A DNA stretch of 64,000 nucleotides from Ginglymostoma cirratum (GCA_024137785.1 JAHRHZ010000023.1:35651085-35715084); one strand, 5' to 3'. Positions 26,401 through 39,675 are shown, counted from the first letter of the stretch. Notes: a model not told the origin generated them from the sequence alone. Program-made: numbers and translations.

Positions 26401-26869
26401 AAACTGACTCTACAGTTTCCAGAGGATAGGTTGATGCTGCCGGGAAGAATTTTTCTGAAAAATAATAAAATAGATCCACAGCTTCATTTAATGTTTTAAG
26501 ATAGTCAATCGCAGTTAATAATGAGAAAGTATATTGAGTACTGTGCCATCTGCACCCACTTACTGTAGGAACATTGTAAGCAGTTTCTAGAGACATATAA
26601 GATTGAACAAAAGGCTAGAACAAACTGTTAATGTTTATTGTCTATAAACTATACACCAAACAATGGTATAACATAGCTTCACTAGTGCTTTCTTGCATTA
26701 GGTCCCCTCATACACATTCTCAATTGTATTGCCAGTGTTGGTATTGCCTCCTGCCTCTGTTTTGCTCACGTACTGTCCACGATTTGAACAAAGGTAATCA
26801 ACACAATTCGCAATGAATTCCAGTAATTTGCTCTTCGTAGGTCATCCTTTCACTTGCTATTCAGCTATT

Positions 26870-27133
26870 GGCACTTTACTCACACCCTCTGACACTTTTA
26901 ATCCCCTGCGAAGACTTGTTATTCAACCTGTTGATACTCCACTCACAGTATTTGTACTTACCTTTTGACATCTTAATTATCTGGAATTATTTTGCCATTA
27001 TCTCTCAGCATATAAATTCTATACCTGTGCGCTTCTCTCCACTTCATTTGATGAAGACGCATGGCTCCAAAAGTTTATGATTTCAAATAAACCTGTTAGA
27101 TTATAGCTTGGTGTCGTGTGATTTCTGACTTTG
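26870..27133 (+). mobile_element. PLE-type 3' tail (family C) with decayed HHR
   Basis: TTGATGA(27048)-AGACGCATGGCTCC-AAAAG-TTT followed by TTTCAAATAAACCTGTTAGATTATAGCTTGGTGTCGTGTGATTTCTGACTTTGT. Confidence 0.6.
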
Positions 27134-29364
27134 TTCTTAAAAGTGCAACAATTCCTTCCACAGTTCTTGGTTTAAAATAGTCCTTTGGCCATTTTAGCCC
27201 ATAGTCCAAGCTAAAGGGAAATGAAAAGATATGACCTTAATACAGTGTACCAGACCCTGTCATAACAGAACATATTCATGGTCCATGATCTTATGGCAAA
27301 ATAGTTAAATAATAATCCAACAAAGACACAGTTGGAGTCATTTAAAAAAAAATGCTAAATAAAGATTTCCTGAATGTGCACCTGACTTCTTCCTGACTTA
27401 TGGCTATAGATTTGGTGGAAAATTGCTTTTATCTTGAAAAATGAGAGTGTTATTTTGTCCGTTCACCAGCAATTGTCTGAGCAAAAGTGCTGTGCAAACC
27501 CCAAATGAAATGTTATTCCACAACTTTTCCACCAGAGTGGGAGATTCTGAGTTTCCTGCCGTTAACTCCCCCATTCTACTTTGACATGTATAATCAAACT
27601 TCATCAAGTCTTTGGTAATGTCTGAGGTAATGACAAGTGATTGACAAAATAAGTGAGAATAATAAAGCAATGAAGGATGGTCCTCTATTAAAATCATCAA
27701 GACTAGGTTTGAATGAAAGTGTTAGAGACAGAGGTTATCTTTCTTCACAGGAAAGCTGGTATCTGCATGTCAGAATGGAAGAGAAATGAAAGTGAAAACA
27801 GAAAGAAATTTGGCAAGGCGCCAAATAGAACAGCTGCTATCACAATAAGAATGTAGTTGTTGACTCTTTTTTTCAATGAAGTATCATTTAGAAGCTGTAA
27901 TAGTGTCTTTACAAAATTTAGCAGCAAAACAAATGGCTCTGAGTGATCAAATCACAATCTGGGATTAGCAATATTTTTACAAGAGACAGCAGAAAAGAGT
28001 CATGACTAAACCAAGTGGTAATACCAGATCTGATAGAAAGCAAAGATTGAAACATGAACTTTCCACAAACTAAAATAAAATCGTTATTACTCTGGCAGAT
28101 TTACAATGATCAGAAGAGTGAAAGAAAAACAATTGGACAAGGGAAAGTACCAAGTCTTCTGAATACACACTTTGCTTTCAATTAAATTCACCTATAAGAA
28201 CTCCATGTCTGTGTGTCTATAATGTCTTTACTATATCCAGCTATTCATATGCTTACAGTTAGCAAGCTGCATACTCAGAATCCAGTTGGTTTGCTGGTAT
28301 ATAACTTGTAACATATTTTACCATTTTAACCAGCAGAGTAAATAAATTCTTAATGACTGATTACTATTTGTCAATTATTATTGACATAATTTAAATGGAA
28401 CAGCAATGAAAAACATCTTAGGTATATACTAATTCAATATCAAGCCATGGATTGTCAAAGAATGTCCACAAAATACCCTAGTTTAAATTGGGACACAGCA
28501 TACCTCCTAACAGAACTTAAAATGTTTAAATGACATTCAGGGTTATGGCTTCTAGACTCAGGTATGTCTGATGGCAGGAAACAAGTCGTTAAAATTCACT
28601 TAGCAATTAGAAATCAGGGTCTCCACAGACATAACATGTCAGGATTTACAACTGAAGATTTAAAACAATCCACAAAAGATGGGGAATCACTTTAAAAGAG
28701 CAACTGAGAGTCAGATTAAACTTTCAAATCCATTGACTAGAATTGACAAAATCCATTGACCACTTCATGAGAAGATACTCTTATGATCCCATCTGATATT
28801 AATACTGGACAAATCAGATAACAGCAGGAAACCATGTTTGATAGATTGGAGTTTTTTTTTTACAGTTGAGCATTATAGCAGTTAGTCACTGAAAAATATT
28901 CACATGAGATTGCAGATGTTATTTAACAGTAGAATATCAGTTTAGTGTAAGGAAGAAGAAGAAAAAAACGAACACTGCCATATAAATTTAAATAATGGTC
29001 TGAAAGATCTTAACATAAACATCAAAATTAAGCTTCAACCTGTTTCCAAACACCGTCCTTTTACAAACAATCAATTCCAGGAAAATTTCACTTCCATTTC
29101 AATTCTCTAACCTATTACTTAACTGGCGTCTCCCAGTTTCTTTTCCTTGGACTGTGAAGACAATTTTATAATTTCTTTCTGAGCCTGCTTGCATTAACCT
29201 TTCAAAATTCTGAACGCTTAAATTTTCTCTGTGCTAACAACGTGAAGACTTTTATACAGCACCTTCAGCTTGCAACTGCACAGGCTGAAAACCATTACTC
29301 CTGAGGTGACTGGTTCCCCGAAACTAAAATCTTTTCTTCTCAACTGAGATCCTTGAACTTTCTT

Positions 29365-29580
29365 TTCTGAAGTAAAAATAAAATTGCTGGAAGAATTCGG
29401 CAGATCTGGCAGCATTTGTGGAGAGAAAGTAAAGTTAATGTTTTGAGTCTACTGACTCCTCATCAGACCCAAACTTTTAACTCTGCTTTCTCTCCACAAA
29501 TGCTGCCAGACCTATTGAGTTCATCAGCAATTTTGGGTTTTGGTTCAGATTTCTAGCATCCACAGTTCTTTGATTTGTTA
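29365..29580. mobile_element. Fold-back (tail-to-tail) PLE mini-element, family B, older
   Basis: Left arm ...TCTGGCAGCATTTGTGGAGAGAAAG..AGTTAA and right arm TTAACTCTGCTTTCTCTCCACAAATGCTGCCAGA... are inverted around TCCTCATCAGACCC. Confidence 0.8.
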
Positions 29581-32013
29581 TAGCCTTGATGTATATACTT
29601 TATGACAACTCAACAGTATAAACAATTTATCCATTAATACAACAGAGGTTTCCCAGGCATTTGACAGCAATCACATATTTTCCTCAAACTAATGCACATA
29701 GGTCACTATCCAAATGATTTTTTGACCTGTTTAAAAAATAAGTTGTCTTCACAGAATATGCCAATATCTATCTGTCTCAAATCTGAAGTTCAAGGGCTAA
29801 AACATAATTATAAATACTATACACCATTCATCACATTGCAGAGAAAAGGATTCATTATATTTCAGATGGGAAGCTAGCAAGCAGAATTATTTGGTTATCT
29901 CATTCAACTTCATGGATGTTTTCCAGAAAGATTTACTAGACAAACCAAATATTTATTGTGTCAAAGTGCCACTGAAGAATTGATGCAAATAGAAAATGAT
30001 CCTAACATATCGAAAAAGCTGATAGGCCCTAAGCACGCACTCAACAGTTGACATAAGTAGAAGAACGCCCGAATATAACAACATATATAAAGGTATGACT
30101 TTCTGCAAGAAACAGAGAAATAAGTAGCTCTCAAACAATTTTGCAAGGCATGTGGCAGAAAAGGCCATTGATAGAGGCAATGTATTAGAACAAAGGCTGA
30201 TTAGGGACCACGCGTCATGCACTGATGCAAACATGCACATACAAGGAAAATTTCAAACCACAATAAAGACTGTCTGGTATCCTGCAAAAGGCATGTACGT
30301 CAAATGATTGACAAACCAGAGTCTGATGTTGTATGCGACAAGATAAAGCATGATGATCATATGTTTCACACTGTTTATCTCATGGGAAGTATCAGTTTTA
30401 TTTATTACTAAATAACACATTGCAGAATGTGTTTATAAAAATACAAACTAACTTTCCTCAAAAAAATTGTGACTGTTTGTTATTGGCTAAGATGGATATA
30501 AGACAAAGATCATTATACTCTCCATGTGATTTTTTAAAACATGTACATACAGACCTGGTAAGCTATGATGAAACTTACGAATGTAAAATTTTCAGCAAAT
30601 AATGATTCACTAAATCCAAGAACAGGATCAATAGTCTAAGCACAATCAATCTGATTAGATTTTGCAGATGTTCTACAACGTAGATAATGCTGGACCAATT
30701 GCACGTATGCCAGTATGCAGTGACTTCATACAAGACATAGAATTAGTCAAACATCAGATACATAACAGAACTATTCTGGAAACACTTTCAGGACTGAATA
30801 TGAGCATTTGTTATTAGTGAAGCTAAAATCTCAGTTCTCTGCTTTAGAAGGAAAGTTGAAAGTTCAAGATAAAATGTTTGAACAGGGCTGAGGGTAAACT
30901 TGAGAACACCATCTCTGAGACTCTGAAGGTATATCTCCACTCAGCTCACAGAGTGAACTATAAGCTCTGAATCATCGGTTCAATGAAAAGATTACTAATT
31001 CACTGAAAATTGTGGCGTAATTCACATTTAAAACAGATCAGGCTCAGGAGGAACAGCTATGGATACATCCGCTTAAGTTTGAAGCAATGCAGTCAGAAAG
31101 ACAGACCTGAAAAAACAGATGGAGATGCATAGTGCACAAAAGAATGAGCTGTGAAGTGCTTATGAGACAGTCTTTCAAAAATTAGTGCTGCAAATGATGC
31201 TCTAGTGAAGGAAAATACAGAAGGAGTACATAAAAGGAAACCAAACAACAACTGAAGCAACATGTGGAAGATGCCAGATCTCCAAAGAAAGGCTGGACAA
31301 TTATTAGTGCAGGTCATAAAAGAGAAAATATACTGGATCAACAGAACACTAAAAATTTGATGGCATTACAAAAAAACAGCATCTGAATATCAGAAGTTTC
31401 AAAACGATCTGCCAGCTCTTGAGGTACAAAACATTAAATACTAAGAAGATTTGAACCACTCAAAATAGGAATGAGAAACGTCAAAAGCTAATCAGGAGTA
31501 AAACTTAACTGTCGTGTAGGAGGATACACAAATTCTGGGACAATAAATACAACCTGTTAAAGAAAAGTTTGACAATACCAATAGAAATGACGGAGAAAAT
31601 CACTAATGATGATTACATTCAGCAACACCTCCAGACAAAATCACCACCATGTGATCTGGATTTATCAGGAAATGCCTACATATTAAAGAGATTCATAGAC
31701 TTGTGTTACAGCAAATAGTTAAACTTTCTCTGGGAAAGAAGTGAGATTTTGTATGTTTACCTTGCCTCTCAGAGAAACCTACTTTAAGGACTCTGAGTGT
31801 TGTGCATATGCAAGTTTGTGACTCTGCCTGACTGTTGGGTTGTTTTAGGTTTGGAAATAGCACACCAAGAAATTAACTGAATTGTGGCAATGCCTTGTTT
31901 ATGACTTGTAATGTGTTTTACTGTTTTCAATTAACTAACCCTTGGAAGTAATCAATCCCTAATGAGCAACTGATTATGTGACCATCATCATAAACTTGAC
32001 AAAATCTTTCTCA

Positions 32014-32635
32014 GACATATTAGGAACTGCAGATGCTGGAGAATCTGAGGTAACAAGGTGTAGAGCTGGATGCACACAGCAGGCCGAGCAGCATCAGAGG
32101 AGCAGGAAAGCTGACGTTTCGGGCCTAGACCCTNNNNNNNNNNNNNNNNNNNNNNNNNNNNNNNNNNNNNNNNNNNNNNNNNNNNNNNNNNNNNNNNNNN
32201 NNNNNNNNNNNNNNNNNNNNNNNNNNNNNNNNNNNNNNNNNNNNNNNNNNNNNNNNNNNNNNNNNNNNNNNNNNNNNNNNNNNNNNNNNNNNNNNNNNNN
32301 NNNNNNNNNNNNNNNNNNNNNNNNNNNNNNNNNNNNNNNNNNNNNNNNNNNNNNNNNNNNNNNNNNNNNNNNNNNNNNNNNNNNNNNNNNNNNNNNNNNN
32401 NNNNNNNNNNNNNNNNNNNNNNNNNNNNNNNNNNNNNNNNNNNNNNNNNNNNNNNNNNNNNNNNNNNNNNNNNNNNNNNNNNNNNNNNNNNNNNNNNNNN
32501 NNNNNNNNNNNNNNNNNNNNNNNNNNNNNNNNNGAATCATTTCTGAAGAAGGGTCTAGGCCCGAAACGTCAGCTTTCCTGCTCCTCTGATGCTGCTTGGC
32601 CTGCCGTGTGCATCCAGCTCTACACCTTGTTATCT
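32014..32635. mobile_element. Fold-back PLE element, family A, centre lost in assembly gap
   Basis: Inverted family A arms on both sides of the N-run. Right arm carries CTGAAGA-A-GGGTCTAGGCCC-GAAAC-GTC. TSD CAAAATCTTTCTCA at 32000-32013 and 32636-32649. Confidence 0.85.
32134..32533. other. Assembly gap (400 N)
   Basis: Run of N. Confidence 1.
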
Positions 32636-32984
32636 CAAAATCTTTCTCACACAGCTTCTCAGTTGATGTTCTTAAAGTGTCAAGCAAGACCTTGCAAGCT
32701 CAAGGAGCTCCTCTTGAGACTCAAAGATATGCTGGTCATTTTGTTTAAAAAAAGATTGCTTCTATTTTTGCTTATTTTTTGTTTTTGATACCTGTAGATC
32801 CAATTTCCAAGGAATCCTGGCAGTTTGTTTGAAGGAATGTACTCGTACATTGTACCAGCACACGGAGTCTGTTAAACCAACACCTAAATGACCCTATTAG
32901 GCACCAGAAATATTTTTCTTCAAATAGACAAAAAATTGGAATTTCCTATGATTTTGAAGAAAAAATAATGGAAAAAGAATGTGC

Positions 32985-33275
32985 AAATTAGGAGCATGAA
33001 TAAGCCTCTTAACCCGGTAAACTTGCTCTGCAATAAAATTTAGTTAGGCTCTTGATTGTCAAGGGGATCAAGGGTTACGGGGAGAAAGCAAGAGAAACTT
33101 ATCAGGCACAATTGAATGGCAGAGCATACTCAATGGGCTGAATGGCCTAATTTCTGCTCCTAAGTCTTATGGTTTTATGGTCTTAAGATCATGGCTGATC
33201 TGATTACTCAACATTCCTGTCTACTCATAATAACCTTTCGCCCCTGTGCTCATCAAAAACCTATCTGTTTCTGCA
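32985..33275. mobile_element. CR1 3' tail (+, ~33045-33185) nested within an older minus-strand CR1 tail
   Basis: GGGGATCAAGGGTTACGGGGAGAAAGCA...AATGGGCTGAATGGCCTAATTTCTGCTCC..TCTTATGGTTTTATGGTCTT splits the minus tail TAGGAGCA..GCC / AAGATCATGGCTGATCTG. Confidence 0.65.
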
Positions 33276-33918
33276 GATAAAGTAACTCTGTTGTAAACCA
33301 AGAAGAGTAATATTGCTTTCATTGTCAGATGCTATAGGATGTCTCAGAATTTTCAATACAATGGCTACTTGGTAGCTGCCTGGGAAGTTTAAACTTCTGA
33401 AGGCCATCACCCTGCACCTGGATACCTCTGAAAAAGTCTCCAAATCTGAGTCAGAACAGAGAATTCAGAAGTTTTTAGCACACTTAGCTGAATCAGAGAG
33501 GTTGGAGGAATTAAAATCTGCCTTAACCCCTGGGGAACTATAAAATTGTATCTCCCTCCAATACACCACTGACCCTCCCAACACCCTTCCAACTCCAGGA
33601 AGACACATCCAATTTGACATGACCTGACCTGACTGCGACCAAACAAACTCCCGACTTAACCTGGTATGCAGCCCCAAAAACCCTGACACTGTTCCGACTC
33701 AAGCTGATTCATTCTTGGCTTTGATACCCAACACAACCATTCCATACCCTGGCACTTCCAGCCTGAGCTAACACCAGTGGACCAACCGTCCCGACCCTCC
33801 GAACCCAATTCTCAATCGATGCCCCAAGTCCCATCAAGATGTGAAAACCTTGACCTACCCATACCATCTTACTTACCTACCTAACACCAAATGCCTCACC
33901 CATCCTATCCCTCACACA

Positions 33919-34190
33919 CATAGAACATAGAACATTACAGCGCAGTACAGGCCCTTCGGCCCTTGATGTTGCGCCGAACTGTGAAACCAATCTGAAGCCC
34001 ATCTAAACTACACTATTCCATTATCATCCATATGTTTATCCAACGACCATTTAATTGCCCTTAAAGTTGGCGAGTCTACAACTGCTGCAGGCAAGGCATT
34101 CCATGCCCTAACTACTCTCTGAGTAAAGAATCTACCTCTGACATCTGTCCTATATCTATCACCCCTCAATTTAAAGCTATGTCCCCTCGT
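33919..34190 (-). mobile_element. CR1 (HER1-like) LINE 3' end, relatively young
   Basis: CATAGAACATAGAACA tail repeat followed by CAGTACAGGCCCTTCGGCCC...GCAGGCAAGGCATTCCATGCCC. Confidence 0.8.
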
Positions 34191-35224
34191 AATAACACCA
34201 CACCAAGTTAGCTGTTACCCTACCTACCTCACCTACCTGCCACCAAGCCTCCTGACCTATCTGCTTCCCTAATCCGTCACCCACTTGCCTGGAAAGGTAA
34301 CCCTTCAGCCATTTATCTGGCAGCATACCCTGCATCCACCTAAATCTATCCTTCTTTCACCCATCTACCTGGCTCTTTAGCATCGACCCAGAGAGTAGGA
34401 TACATCGGGGGCAAACAACTGGAGCCGGGGGCTCTAGGGGACTCCTGTGTTTGTATTAGGAGTAGAGTTACTGTACTTGGGTTGAGGTTGGGACCATTGT
34501 GCTTGGGGCCCCTCATTAGGGGCCTAACGAGGAGCAGTACTGGGGTCCATATCTGTCCCTAGTCCTGCTGTCTTCCATCTTGAATGGAACCCCACCCCCT
34601 TACCAGTCAGTCACCCAACCTCTCAAAAATCCAGTTGCCACCCAACCCCTTAACTTACTTGTGAATCAACCATCCCCTTACCTGGTACCATATCCCTCTG
34701 CCACCCTATCTCTTTGGCACTTATCTCCACACATGATCCCCAAACACACTTATCTTTGCACCATAGCTTCTCAAAGAGGTTTTGGTCTTCAAACCCTGGA
34801 ACGTGTTTGCTGCTGCTGTTAGGAGGGGACATTGTTTGACCCCTGCCGTTGGTTCCACATAATGCCAGATGGTTTCTGATCAGGATTGTTCTCAAAAGGC
34901 CTGAACTGTAAGTACAGGCCCAAAATATTAAACTACAGGGCAAGGATAGAAAGAAAGGAATGAAACGGTAATCTAACTGTGATTACCACTCCCTGGGAGA
35001 CTGGGCCCAATACCTTTTAAACATGATCAGAATGGGACTCTTACAGTCAGACAACTGTCTCCAATGTTTTACAAATGCCCCTGCCACCCACCCCTAGCCC
35101 CCCATGTCCCAATAACCCTCACAGCCCACAATGTCCTACTCCGAGGCCCACTGCACACTGTAACCCGACATCCACTCCCCAGCTCCTTCCCACTCTGGCT
35201 GACAGCCAGCTTTTCAATCCAAAT

Positions 35225-35447
35225 AATAACCGAAAGAACTGCAGATGCTGAAAATCAGAAACAAAAACAGAAGTTGCTGGAAAAGCTCAGCAGATCCCGC
35301 AGCATCTGTGAAGAGAAATGAGAATTGACGTTTTGGGTCCAATGACTCTTCCTCAGAACAGTTCTGTGGACCCAAAACATTAATGCTGATTTCTCTTCAC
35401 AGATGCTGCCAGAGCAGCTGAGCTTTTCCAGCAAGTTCTGTTTTTGT
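35225..35447. mobile_element. Fold-back PLE mini-element, family B
   Basis: Inverted arms around CTCTTCCTCAGAACAGTTCTG. TSD AGCTTTTCAATCCAAAT 35208-35224 / AGCTTTTCACTCCAAAT 35448-35464. Confidence 0.85.
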
Positions 35448-35782
35448 AGCTTTTCACTCCAAATGGTTTTTGGACAGGGAACCCCCTGAAAACACCAAAA
35501 AAATCTTGCTGGTAATCTCAGAAGGACTTGGAGAAAACTCTTATTTCAAGGTTTTCAGTCAGAAAACACTCTGCTTCATCTCATGCCTCAGTGCCTTTAC
35601 CTTCAGACTCAATTATTTCAGACTGCTCCTGGTTAGGTCCCTATCCTCTACCTTCTATAATCCTGATACTACTGTTTATATTCAATCTTGCTTCATTGCC
35701 TGGAAAACCTCCATCTTATTCTTCACCTTTAAGGCCCTGCTAAGAACTCTTCGATTAGGCTTTCCATTCCCTTTTCTTTAGC

Positions 35783-36108
35783 CATTCATGGGACGTAGAT
35801 ATTGCTGCATTGGCCAGCAATTGTTGCCAACCCTATTGTCCAGAGGCTGTCACATTACTGCAGGCCTGGGGTCACATGTAGGCCAGACCAGGTAAGCACG
35901 ACAGATTTCCTTCCTTAAACGGGCAACTCGATGGGCTTTTACAAAAATCAACATCAATTACGCAGTTACCTCTAGGCAAACACTTCATTCTTGATTCTCC
36001 ATTTTAGATTAAAATTTCACCTGTTCGATTTCATGTTCCCAAAGACATTGGCCTAGGGGGTTCTGGAATACTAGCTGAGCAACATTGCCACGACTGACTG
36101 CCTCCGCT
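35783..36108 (-). mobile_element. tRNA-SINE (62928 family), decayed
   Basis: CATTCATGGGA...GTCACATGTAGGCCAGACCAGGTAAG..AGATTTCCTTCCTTAAA is the reverse complement of the family body. Confidence 0.7.
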
Positions 36109-36299
36109 CCTTCTGATCTTTTCATCTGTGTTTCACTGCCAATTTATTTGATGAAAACGTGTGGAAAGTACTTCTGAACATATTTCCATATTAACCATGC
36201 CGTCTAAGTTGTTGATTTTGAAGTGAGGTACTTTATTAAGATTTTGGAAAATGACATGGGTTAATGATGCTCGACTATAGTTCAACAGTAAAGTAGGAA

Positions 36300-38100
36300 G
36301 TGAAAGTTGACTTCAATGAAGCAACTGAGAGCAGCATCAATATGCTTGTGATTACCTTTTATACACTGCGTGGGTTGGTGATATATTGCTCCAGCAGACA
36401 AAATCTAACAAACTGTAAATGGAATTACAAATCTTAAGTTTCCAAGTGTGATCCAATTGCATATGCTGCACCATTTCCAGGTAGTTAACGTCTTATGCTG
36501 CAAACCAGATTTAAAAGTAAGCATTTAAAACAAGAACTACCATAAAGACAGAAGTAAAGATATTCTACTGCTTACTGCCAGGTAGATTAGCAAACACAGT
36601 GTTGTGACCTTTGCAAGCAGTTTTCTTTTAATGGTTTATTATCCACTGTGTTGTAGAGATGTCATGTAAAGTACATGGAAGTGGATTACAGGCATCAAAG
36701 ATGGAGCAAGGAACTTGCAGATGAAAGAACAAGAGTTATGGCTCTCTGAAGCAGATGAAGCAAGAAGATAAGGACCAAAGAAGAAGGAAAATGGAACATG
36801 GCTAACACAATATAATTTTGTGTCCTATTGCAATGTAAAATTGAAGGACCTGAGAGATGTACATCAGTGATAACTGAGACGAAGTAACAGCAAATCAGGA
36901 GCAAAGAAGTGTAAGGGTAATGAGAAAACCTATTGGATTTTGTGGTGTACAAATACTGCAGCAAAAGACAAAATTAAATGAATGTCAACTGATTGGAAAT
37001 AAAGATTGGATGAGGAGTAGCATGAACAATGTGATAAGTATGAATTTTCCAACTAAACAAACTGGTGATTTAACAAAGGTAAAATCAGAATGAATATTAA
37101 GTAGTTCAATGAAAGTTAAGCACTCATTTAAAAAAAATGAGAAAGGGAGAGTGCAGGAACAGATCAGAAAACACTTCAAGATATAGCTGGTGATACAATG
37201 CAAAATATGGTTTGTGTTTACAAATCTGTGTGAAAACAGTTTGCTTGTGTCTAGATGAAAAGCATTATTTTACTGAACTACCAAAAATAATCTCAGCTGC
37301 AGAAGTTACTATTGGACCAAATTATTGAGAATCCAGGTAACTATTGCCATCCAACAAAGAAGCTGAGAATGTGTAAAAGAACTCCAGTTTGAATCAGTGA
37401 AAGCAGCTGAATCAATAACAAAAAGGCCTGCCTGTAAAATGTGTAATGAGTATGGGGAGCATCTGTTTATAAGCTCTGCTAATTTTAAAAAGGCTTTTGA
37501 TGGTGAGCTCTCCAGATAGTAATACGGTTTTATGGATTGCTGGAATAATGGAAACAAATCAAGATTTTTCAGAATTTTAAACTACAAAACAGAGAATGAG
37601 CAAATATAAGATGAACAGTGTAGATAGAGCTAACAGAGACAGGGTCAAATTTTATTCGCCTAATCCATCTAAATCAGCTTGTGCTTTCCATCAATTTCAG
37701 AGAAATGGCTAAGCACACATTCAATATTAATGAGCATGAACTACATGAGGGTAAAATTCACAAAAAAAAAGCTAAGCCTAAGCTAGATGCAATTCCCAGG
37801 TGTTGATGGTTTCCTAAATGGATATTGCACAAGTGATGCACCTAAGAGCTAACCAATGCCATGATGCATATTTTATGTGGCCTCAATGCTGAATGTAAAA
37901 CCATAGAACGGTGAATCAAGTTCTTTACTACTTTATCTTGAGGCAGGCCCGATAACAGTCCTTGAAAAAGAAATGAGGGAGAGCTGACTGATATGATCAG
38001 AAGAACTGTCACTCATCATGCTGTATTCTGCAATACAACAGAGAAATATGGTTGCATTAGCATGTGAAGACTTCCTACTTAAAGTGACCTTCTGCCTGTC
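36300..38100 (+). mobile_element. Ancient RTE-like LINE ORF relic (many stops/frameshifts)
   Basis: Collinear RT motifs: KKMRKG/ESAGTDQ (KxGKAxGxD), MKSIILL..NNLSCRSYYWTKLL (SIIVPLxKKGDxxxCxNYRGIxLL), and KMCNEYGEHLFISSANFKKAFDG ending at 37504 (EKCxEYxxxLxxxFxDFxKAFD). Boundaries are approximate. Confidence 0.6.
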
Positions 38101-38289
38101 TTAATAGTGTGCTGTTCTATTAAGTGCAGCACTTTGGGTCATTAATCAACCATGCAGCATTCTTTTTCATTCCCTTAATATCAACTGCAACAAAATCTAG
38201 ATCCCTTTATCCTTAATGAATTTATGCCTTATCAACAGTAATTTATAAACACTGTTTACATCATTTCTCAGATGTTTCCATAGATTTTC

Positions 38290-38605
38290 AAAAATTCTTT
38301 GAGATGTCAGTGTCACCGGAGGAGCCAGCATTTATAACACAACCTTACTTACCTTTGAATGGAGAGAGCATTCCAGAATGGTGCTGTGGATCAGATTCAT
38401 ATCAGCAGGTTTCCTCTAAGTGACATGGGTGAACCAGATTAGGACATTCAAGAACAGCTTCATGGCCACAATTAGAAAGACAAGCTTGCTGTTACAGCTT
38501 TTTTTAAAAATTGAATTTAAGCTCCACCAGTTGCCATAGAACATGTGTTTCCAGATCGTTGGTCGGGCCACTGGGATACTAGCCCAGTGACATTGCTACT
38601 AAACT
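38290..38605 (-). mobile_element. tRNA-SINE (62928 family), highly decayed
   Basis: GCCAGCATTTAT..., GGGTGAACCAGAT, TTGAATTTAA..CCACCAGTTGCCAT and CTGGGATACTAGCCCAGTGACATT match the reverse complement of the family. Confidence 0.6.
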
Positions 38606-39249
38606 GGCATCTTTAGTTATACATCATATCATATGCAGCAACTAATCCCTCTTGATTTTAACATTTAGATGCTATCTTAAATTCGCCAATGGTATCTTTG
38701 AAGTAACATCTTTCCTGTGAAATAAGGAATGTTTTAATCTTACCCAGTTCAGGGTCTGAGGACATAATTGACCCCTGGCTACTAATTTAAGTGCAACATG
38801 AACAGACACTGTCATGGCTTTCCCTCCAATTAAGGATAGCAGGAAGCTATTTCTGGACACGAAGAGGTCATTTAAAGTATTTTCACTTTTTCGGAGAAGC
38901 AGGAATTTTCCTTTAGATTACAAAGGAAAGATTAGATGCTCTGCTCTTCTGGGTCCTCTCTTTATGCTCACAAGACTGTTACAAAGTCCTCTCTCTACAA
39001 TTCACCTGGTTATTGGTGTTGTGACGGGGCTTCAGGACCCAGGAGAAACCTTGTAATTATGTCATGAAGCTGCGCATCACTGAACCTGTATAGCACAGTG
39101 TAGGTGAAGTTAGAATTCGCTGGAAGACTCACAGGAGCATGTGGACATAAACACATAAAGAAGATAGATTAGCCCTTACCTATTGTAATAGTTAAGTCAG
39201 AGTATACGTCAGATAAGTTATGAACATTTGAAATTTGGCATTCTTGTAT

Positions 39250-39320
39250 TTTTCCTGATGAGTGCAAGACAAGAAAAAACTTCAATGGCATGTCTGTCTT
39301 TTCATCAATATTCAAGTAAT
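39250..39320 (+). mobile_element. Possible additional PLE-type tail with decayed HHR core
   Basis: CCTGATGA-GTGCAAGAC-AAGAAAAAAC-TTC; the GAAA side is degraded. Confidence 0.35.
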
Positions 39321-39484
39321 AATAGCCTCTAGATTGCCAGAGATTGGATGTGCAACCAGGGGTAAGCTTTAGGAATCCTTATAGGTCATTATGCATGGGC
39401 TATGCAGGAATTAGGAAGTCTGATTTTTCAGTGAACAGTTTCCTTGTTCCCTGATGTTGTGATGTTCTAATGATATCTAAAAGT

Positions 39485-39675
39485 GATAAAGTCACCATTG
39501 TCCTGATTGTTCATTAGATAGGGATAACCGGTGTGTTAACATTCAGGTGATGGCGGGGGTTGAGAAGGAGAGTCCTTCATGGTAACCTCAGCTGGTATAG
39601 GAATTGAACTTATCCTGTTCGTGTTATTCTGTACTGAAAGCCAGATATCTGGCCAAATGAGCTAACTGACACCCT
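39485..39675 (-). mobile_element. tRNA-derived SINE (third family)
   Basis: Minus strand GGGTGTCAGTTAGCTCATTTGG (A box) ... AGTTCAATTCC (B box) ... GCTGAGGTTACCATGAAGGACTCTCCTTCTCAACC. Confidence 0.6.

Noticed and set aside
31978-32687. Two ~200-aa ORFs in the ORF track
   Set aside because: Artefacts of reading through the 400-N gap; the flanks are PLE tails.
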